A DNA stretch of 62,338 nt, the filler included. It is 4 parts of 4 records of this genome, joined end to end, with 100 filler letters (N's around TTAATTAATTAA, not from the genome) between each part and the next. Parts side by side here need not be neighbours in the genome. Positions count along the whole stretch, not along the records: positions 1 to 31,908 come from SRR31156797_8078; 3 more parts are not named here. One strand, 5' to 3'. Shown here one piece after another: positions 1-9,000 of this stretch. The number at the start of each line of letters is the position of its first letter. Position 1 is the stretch's first letter. The notes under the pieces are model-generated. The model ran no database searches, was not told the DNA's origin, and was given only the letters and a program-made list of their open reading frames with translations. Both the position numbers and the translations under genes were made by a program.

Positions 1-30
1 GGCAATTCCAAATTTGGAATTGCCCCTTTT
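1..30. terminator. Intrinsic terminator hairpin downstream of the giant gene, probably bidirectional
   Basis: GGCAATTCCA-AATT-TGGAATTGCC perfect 10-bp stem followed by a T-run on +; lies about 30 nt past the stop at 58. The left flank is cut by the window edge. Confidence 0.7.
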
Positions 31-57
31 CATTTTTATTCTTACGATTGGGATAAC

Positions 58-3000
58 CTATTTCGTTATTATCAATTTCGTTCGAACCAGTTTGTCAGGA
101 TATTGGATGGTCAAGAAGTAAAAACCTCCCGCTAGACCTTTCAGATCAAACTCTAACTTTTCAGAATTGAAATGCCTCTTAATTTCCCTCGAAACTACAA
201 GCTTCCCTGCAGAATTAAAAATCCTTAAGAGTCCATCCTTGTCTGTTGCATTAATCTCAACGAAAAATTCACCACGGTTCGGATTAGGATAAACCACCAC
301 TCCACTCTTAGCGATTAAATCATCAATTCCTGTTGTAATAAATACTTGCTGAGCACTCTCACTATCCGGACAAGCTCCATTCGATGCTGTTAAAGTAACC
401 ACATAACCACTACCATTTGAGTTTTCAAGAACATAGGAGTGACTTGGTTCAAATTCACTACTCAATACACCATCGCCAAAATCCCAAAGAATAGAGGTTG
501 CATTTGTACTCAAATTAGTAAAATGAACCTGATTATAATCAATTTCGAATGTAAATTCAGCTTCTGGTTGCTCTAATGGACTCACTGTAATCGAATTTGA
601 ATATTGAGAAGAAAAGCCTGCCTTTGTAACCAAAGCTCGATATCGTTCATTTTGAACAATTTCATTCGTTACCAACAACTCTGCATTTTCTCCTTCAAGA
701 TCTTCATATACATCATCCAACTCATTGTATTTTTGCCATTGAATGTCTCCATCGAAACCTACAAGTGTGATATTTGATTTTGAACCATAACAAACCAGTT
801 CTGGGTTAGCAGTTGCCTCACCTGCTCTGTTCGACTTTGGTTCAGGAATGGTAAATCGTGCTGACATGATAGAAATTAGCCCCGTTCCTTCAAATTCCAT
901 TCTAGCACCTTGTACTTCCATCTCGCTACTCGCTGTCAAATCGATATATTTAATCTCTCCATTTACCGCAACCTGCGTTAAGGTTCCAGATAAAGTCCAA
1001 TCTTCTGAATCAGCTTTTCGAACCGTTACAGGCGATTCATTATCTGTATCGCAAATATTACGATATTGATCTTGAAGAGACAATTGAGGCTGCCTAATAA
1101 ACTGTTCTCCGTTTGTTGTTGGAGGTGATGGCTGCTTTTCAATTATCAGATATTTAGATTTACCATGATGAATTGGCTGCTCAAACCTTGTTGTATCGTA
1201 ACTACCTGAATACACAAACATGGAATCAACACCATATTTTTGAAGAATTGATGTTACTGTTGGATCAAAAGTAATTTGTCCTGGAACCGAAATATCATAA
1301 TTTCCCTCCAAACTTCTGATACCATAACGAATATCAAATATTTGATCTCTCCACGATTTGTTATCCGTAAAAGTAACTACAAATTGCTCATCAACATTTG
1401 CATTAGCAGCTGGTGTAATTATTGGTGCTGGCGGTCGAACAATGTCGAAACTATCCGATACTACATTTGGTAATCCATCAGATGTAAACAACAATCTCGC
1501 TCCTATCACCTCATCTTCACTTGTGGCACTCAAATTTGCAAATTGAACAATACCTTCTACTGAAGTAATTGTTTTTATTCCTCCAAAATCCCATAAACCA
1601 GAATTGTCATTATCCGGATCGGAATATTTCTGTACTAAAACTTGAGTGAGGTTATCAGTTGTACAATTATTCTCGTACTGATCTTGCAATTGAATTTTTG
1701 GCTGTAGTGCCAATGTATCACCATTATTTTCAGGTCCAATTGGTTGTTCAACAATCACCATATCTGTTGAAATCCCGTGCGCAATACTTTGCTCCACTCT
1801 GGCATCAGCATATCCATTTGCAACAACCACAATCGTATCCGTTCGCGCAATAAACAAAGTTGAATCTTTATCAGGATAAAAGGTAATAGCGCCGGATTCA
1901 ATAAAATAAGAAGTATCCACCAATGTGTTACCTGCAAAACTGATAGACGAAATAGAATCTCTCCAACTGGCATTATCACTAGCTTGAATCGTAAACTCAT
2001 TGTCAACTGTTGCATTCTCTGCGGCAGTCAATTCAATAATTGGAACAGGGATAGTGAATAATTCCGATATCACGCTATCACCGGTAAAATAGAACTGTAC
2101 ATAGGCAGAATCTATTGCAATTTCGCTCGTTGCAGTAAGGTCAGTGAAATTAATCAAACCATCCACAGAAGTTACCTCAAGAGTACCTCCTAAATCCCAT
2201 GCCTTGGCATCAAATTTTTCTACTGTTACCATGGTAGTAATATCAGTAGTACAATCATTCAGATATTGATCTGCCAATTTCAGTTCGGGTTGTTCAGCCA
2301 ATAAATCTCCATTCTCTGAAGGTGATATTGGTTGAGTTAGAATCAATAAACTATCAGCAACACCATGCTGAATGTCTTGCTGAATGGTATCATGAGAAAA
2401 TCCTCTTGACTGAACAATCACCTCATAACTTCCATTCTTTTGTAAAAATTTCGATTCTGCTGGAATCAGTTCAAGCTCTCCCGCCACTGAAAAATTATAA
2501 CTCTCAGTAACCAATACACTATCATTCACTGTTACAACATTAATCCTATTTCTCCATACAGAATCTTCTTCAAAGGTAATTTTGAAAGGATTATCAACCG
2601 TAGCTCCCACTGCTGCCGTCAAAACTGGAGGAGTTGCAATATCAGGAATGTCAAATGCAGTTGCAACAACACCATCAATATCTGTAGAGCTAAATAAGAT
2701 TTCAGCTCCTGTAATCGGTCCTGTTGAAAAGGCTGACAAATCATCAAAACTTACAATACCATTTTCAGCTGTTTTTTCTAATGTACCAGCTAAGTCCCAT
2801 TCTCCCTCATCATTTCTACTGGCTGTAATGGTTCTCTCATTATCACTATCACAAATGTTAGAATATTGATCGTAAAATTCCAGAATTGGCTGTTGTTCCA
2901 ACAAATCTCCATTTGCTAAAGGAGCCAATGGTTGTTGTGTAATATTCATACTATTGGCAACTCCGTGACCGACGGTTTGCTCCACCGTAGCATCACTATA

Positions 3001-6000
3001 TCCCAATGCTCTAACTACTATATCAAATACACCTGATTTTTGTAAAAGAACCTCTTCGGATACATGAAATACAATTTTATCCGAATAAATATCGTAAGCT
3101 GTAGTTGGAAGTGTATTACCTTCATAAGTAATCAATTCAATACTCGATGACCATGAATCATCAAAAGAAAAGTAGGTAAGCTCAAAATCGTTATCTACTG
3201 TTGCATCAAATTGTGTAGACAAATTTGGTGGATTTTGCAAGGATGGAATATCAAAAGGATCTGAATCAACGGAAGCAATCCCATCTCCTGTAAAAGTAAG
3301 ATATGCTCCTGTTATTGCAAGACTACTTGATGCTGTTAGACTTCGGTAATTAATTACTCCATTGCTCACCGCTTGTAAAGTATCGCCCTCAAGCAGCCAG
3401 TCTCCTGCACCACCTTTAATCACTAACACTTCATATTCATCTTCGGTATTACATGCATTATTATATTGATCTTTTACAGAAATCTTAGGTTGCAAGTCCA
3501 ATTCCCCACCATTTACCAGTGGTGCAGTTGGTTGCGTTTCTATTACTAAAGTATCGGGCTTACCATGCTTAATCTCCTGATTTACTGTTGAATTTTGATA
3601 TCCGCGAGAAAAAACAATAAGCTCCTTAGTATCGGCAACCTGCATAATAGCATCTTGAGAAGGATCAAAGACAATTTTACCTGCCTGACTCTTATCGTAA
3701 GCTATTGAAGGAAGCAATACTCCACCGTATGAAAGAGAATCAATTTTGCCTTGCCATTCGGGATTTTCCGAAAAAGTAACATCAAATAAAGAGTCAACTG
3801 TTGCACTTGTTGAAGCTATAAGAGAGGGTGCAAAAAGAGGAGCTGGAATCAAGAACGAAGCAGATTCCACATTTGTTAGTCCTGTGCCGGAAAATGTAAT
3901 TGTTGCATCACTTATCAAATCTGTACTTCCGGCAGTAAGATCTGTGTATGCTGCAACACCGTTTGTTACCATTAAAGAAGCTGTACCTTCGAGGTCCCAG
4001 CTGCCTCCGCTTGCATTTGCATTTATAGTTATAGAATTCTCACTTGTACAATCATTAAAGTACTGATCCTGTAATTTTACCACAGGTTGCGTTGCCAAGT
4101 CCTCACCGTTAGAGTTTGGTCCCATAGGCTGAGTTGTTATCACAATATTCTTTGCTACACCATGTGCAATTGCCTGTTCAACAGAATCGAGTAAATATGA
4201 TGTTGAAGTAATATATATATAGTCGGTATTGACCAATTGTAGTAGTGCCGTTTCACTTGGCTTAAATGTAATTTTACCTGCAGCTGTAGCGTCATAAGAA
4301 TTGGTTGGCAACGTAGTTTCACCATATTTTATTTCAGTAATTTTTGATCTCCAATCTGCATTTTCGGTAAAAGTGATTTCAAAATCTGCATCAACTGTTG
4401 TATTCGATGCAGCTGTTAAAATTGGTCCGGCATTTAAATCCGGAATATCAAAAGTTGTAGAATTAGCACTTGTTAATCCTGAAGCTGAAAAACTTATAAA
4501 GGCACCGCTTACAGGACCATCACTCGCTGCGGTCAAATCGGTATAACTAACAGATCCACTTGCTACAGTTTTTAGTAAGGTTCCTTCAAGAGTCCAATTA
4601 CTAGCATCTCCTTTTGCTGCAGTTATCTCAATGGTATTTTCCTCTAAACAATCATTTCCATATTGATCTCGAAGGGTAAGTCCTGGCTGAGTTGCCAATT
4701 CACTTCCATTCTCAATCGGAGCGGCTGGTTGGAGTACAATCACCATTTCGTTTGCAACACCATGCTTTATCTTTTGAGAAACACTAGCTGTTTCATAACC
4801 AGTTGCATGCACCTCCATATCTTTGGTATCTGCAACTTGTAAATCAGTATCCTGTGAAGGATCAAATATGATCTTTTCGCCTTGAGTTTTATCGTATGCT
4901 CCTGCGGATATTAAATTACCATCATATGTAATTGAATCGATTGCCAATTGCCAGGTAGGATTAGCTGCAAAAGAAATTTCAAATTCTCCATCGACAGTGG
5001 CACTTGAAGATGCCAACAGTTGAGGTGAAGCATCCAAAGCCGGAACTGTAAATGTACTACTTACAACATCTGTTAAAGAAAATGATGAAAAAGTAATGGT
5101 GGCTGTGGTTACTTCCGCATCACTACTTGCGGTTAAATCAGTAAAATTGAAAACACCAGATGCTGAAGTCAATCCGGAAGTTCCACCTAAAGTCCATGTC
5201 CCACCAGAAGCTACTGATGAGATAGTTGCAGAATTATCACTTGTACATACATTTGCATATTGGTCGTGTAGCTGAACAACAGGTTGAGTAGTCAAAACTG
5301 CCCCATTTGAACTTGGTCCAACGGGCTGAGTGCTTATAAATAAATCAGCAACAAGTCCATGTCCAATTTCTTGTGTAATCTCAGCATTCGAATAACCACT
5401 TGAAATAATAGATAGTGTTTGAGAACCAGCAACCTGAAGTAATGCTGATTCAGCTGGCTTAAATGTAATACGACCAATAGTTGTTGTAACATATGCCGCT
5501 ACAGGCAATGAATTTCCTCCGTATTGAATGTCCGTAATATTTCCACGCCAGCTGGCGTCGTCACTAAATGTAATAGAAAATTCATTATCCACTGTTGCAT
5601 TTATAGCAGAAGATATATCTGGTACACCATCAACTGGTATGTCAAATGGATTCGAATCAAGCGTAGCAAAACTTCCAGAAGAGAAGGTTAGATAAGCACC
5701 TACAACAGCTTCTGTACTGGTGGCTGATAAATCAGTGTAAGTAAATACTCCTCCTGCCAAAGTTTGATTAGGTGATCCACCTAACGTCCAATCACCAGCA
5801 TCTCCTTTAGCAACTGATATTGTAGTCGCATTATCACCTGTACAAGCATTTCCATATTGATCCAAGCTACCTATTTCAGGTTGAGTTGCAAATAATCCTC
5901 CATTACTACTAGGAGCAGTTGGCTGTGTAGTAATATTTATTGATGCCGGAGCTCCATGTCCTATTTCCTGAGATAAAATTTTATCATTAAATCCTGCAGA

Positions 6001-9000
6001 TACAAAAACGAAACCTGCTGTCCCAGATGTTTGCAATTCTGTTGATAGCGAAGGATCAAAAGTGATTTGATTTCCAACACTGATATCATAGGCAGCTGCA
6101 TCTACTGTATTCCCATTGTAGGTAATACTACTAATTTTACTTTGCCATGATTGAGTATCTGTAAAAGTAATAATGAATGAATTATCAACTGTGACTCCCG
6201 TTGCCGCAGTAAGATCAGGTGGTGAATTTAATCCCAAATTAAAGTTTGTTGAATTAACACCTGTCAAACCCGAGGAAGAAAATGCGATAAATGCATTATT
6301 CACAACTTGCGTACTTGAAGCTGTTAAATCGGTATAGGATAATACTCCTGAAGTAATAGTGCCGGTTAATGTTCCCTGTAGATCCCAGTTTACAGGATCA
6401 TTCTCTGCTGCTGTAATTGAAATTGAACTATTACTGGTACAAATATTACTATAAATGTCTCTTGCACTAACAACTGGCTGTGTTTGAAACGGATCTCCAT
6501 TGCTAGCTGGAGCTACTGGCTCTGTATCAATTGTTAATTGTGTAGCCACACCATGTCCTATGGTCTGAGATACTGTTGCATTATTATAACCATCAACAAA
6601 AACGATCATATCCGCTGTTTTAGCCGTTTGTAGTACGGCATCAGCAGAAGGGTCGAAAGTAATTTTATTGCTGGTAGAGTTGATGGTATATGCACTGGAT
6701 GGCACCGTATTTCCATCAAAAGAAATACTATCAATATTCGATTCCCAATCCACATTATCATCGTAAGATATTTCAAAAATTCCATCTACGCTTGCTCCTG
6801 ATGATGCTGTAAGATCTGGTGCTGAATTTAGACCTAGGTTAAAATCTGAAGAAGTCACTCCCGTTAATCCTGTTGATGAGAAACTTATATTTGCTCCCGT
6901 TATATTCTCATTACTGCTAGCTGTAAGACTGGCAAAAGTTAAAGTTCCTGAACTTGCATTTTGATTTAAGCTTCCTCCCAAAGTCCAATTTCCCACATCC
7001 CCTTTGGCTGCCGTTATTGTTCTGGAGCCATCGGTAGTACACAAATTATTGTATTGATCTAAAATTTCAAGAACTGGTTGTGGGCTAAATTCACCTCCAT
7101 TAACCGAAGGCGCTCCTGGTTGAGTATTAATTGACAATTTATTAACTGCTCCATGAGCTAAGACCTGTGATAGAGTAGCATCACTAAATCCGTCTGAAGA
7201 AATTACTAAATTAGCAGTTCCTGCTGTCTGCAATGCGATTGATAAAGATGGAGTAAATACTATTGTTCCTGTAGTTCCTGTATTATATGCAGCAACATCA
7301 ACAGTGACTCCATTATAAGTTATAACACTTATTTTAGATTGCCATCCATCAACGTCTGTAAAAGTAATTGTAAAATCAGAATCAACATCTGCATTAACAT
7401 CCTCTGCCAAATCTGATGGAGGTCCATTTAAACCTAAATTAAATGTTGATGAATTCACTCCGGTTAAACCTGTACTACTAAATGAAAGGAAAGCACTTGA
7501 GATTGCCTCATTACTACTAGCAGTTAGGTTGGTATAGGAAAGAATTCCGGTATTAACATTTGCCGTAACATCACCTCCTAAAGTCCAATTTCCAGTATCA
7601 CCTTTTGCAACTGTTACCGAGGTGGAATTATCCGTTGTACAATCATTATTATACAAATCCTGTAATTTGACTACAGGCTGATCTTGCAATTGACCTCCAT
7701 TCACATTTGGTCCGGTTGGTTCAGTTACCATTACTATATTTTTAGCCGAACCATGACCAATTGTTTGTGATACAGGAGAACTGTTATTAAAACCATCCGA
7801 AGAAATAATCAAATCTGCGGTTCCAGCTACCTGTAAGGCGGTAGATAAAGATGGAGTAAAGGTTATCTCTCCACTTATTGCTGTATTGTAGGCGGCATTA
7901 TCAACAACATTCCCATCATAGGTAATGCTATTAATATTTGATTGCCAATTGTTTTCATCCGTAAAGGTAATTGTGAATGGATTATCTACTGTAACGCTAC
8001 CTGCTGCAGTTATATCTGTAGGCGCATTATTTAAGCCCAAACTAAAATCAGAAGATGTAACCGGAGTAATTCCTGGAGAAGTAAATTCAATATTTGCACC
8101 AGTAACTTCCAAGGCACTACTTGCTGTTAAACCCGAAAAAGTCAATACACCTAAGTTCGCATTTTGATCAGGTGTACCTCCAAGACTCCAATCACCAGCA
8201 TCAGCTTTTGCTGCGGTAATTGTTCTATTTCCATCCGTCGAACAAAAATTATTATACTGATCTCTAACCTCAATAACAGGCTGAGGATTCAATTCTCCAC
8301 CATTTATAGCTGGAGTGCCTGGCTCTGTTGTTATTGCCAGTTGATTTGCTACTCCATGTCCAATAACTTGCGATAATGGTGCTGTATCGTCAAATCCATC
8401 AGAAGAGATAATAAAGTTAGCAGTACCAGAAGTTTGCAAAGCTGTGGATTGAGAAGGGTCAAAAGTAATTCTATCACCAACACTAATATCGTAAGCAGCT
8501 GCGTCTACATTATTCCCATCGTAGGTTATACTACTAATTTTACTTTGCCATGATTGTGTATCCGAAAAAGTAATAAAAAATGTTCCGTCAACAGTTGCTC
8601 CAGATGCTGCTGTTAAGTCTGGAGGAGAATTTAAACTCAAATTAAATGTCGCTGAATTTTCACTAGTAACACCAGATGCTGAGAAGGTAATAAAAGCACC
8701 AGTCACCACCTGAGTACTTGAAGCTGTTAAATCAGTATATGATAAAACACCAGAAGAAATTGTTCCAGATAGGCTTCCATTCAAATCCCAATTTCCAGGG
8801 TCATTTTCTACTGCTGTGATAGATATTGAACTATTACCAGTACACACATTGCTATATTGATCCTGTACATTCACAACAGGTTGAGTTTGAAATAAACCAC
8901 CATTATTAGATGGGGCAACAGGTTCCGTGTCCATAACAATCTTTGATGGAGCACCATGTCCGATGGTTTGTGATACAACTGCAGTTTCATATGAATTAAC

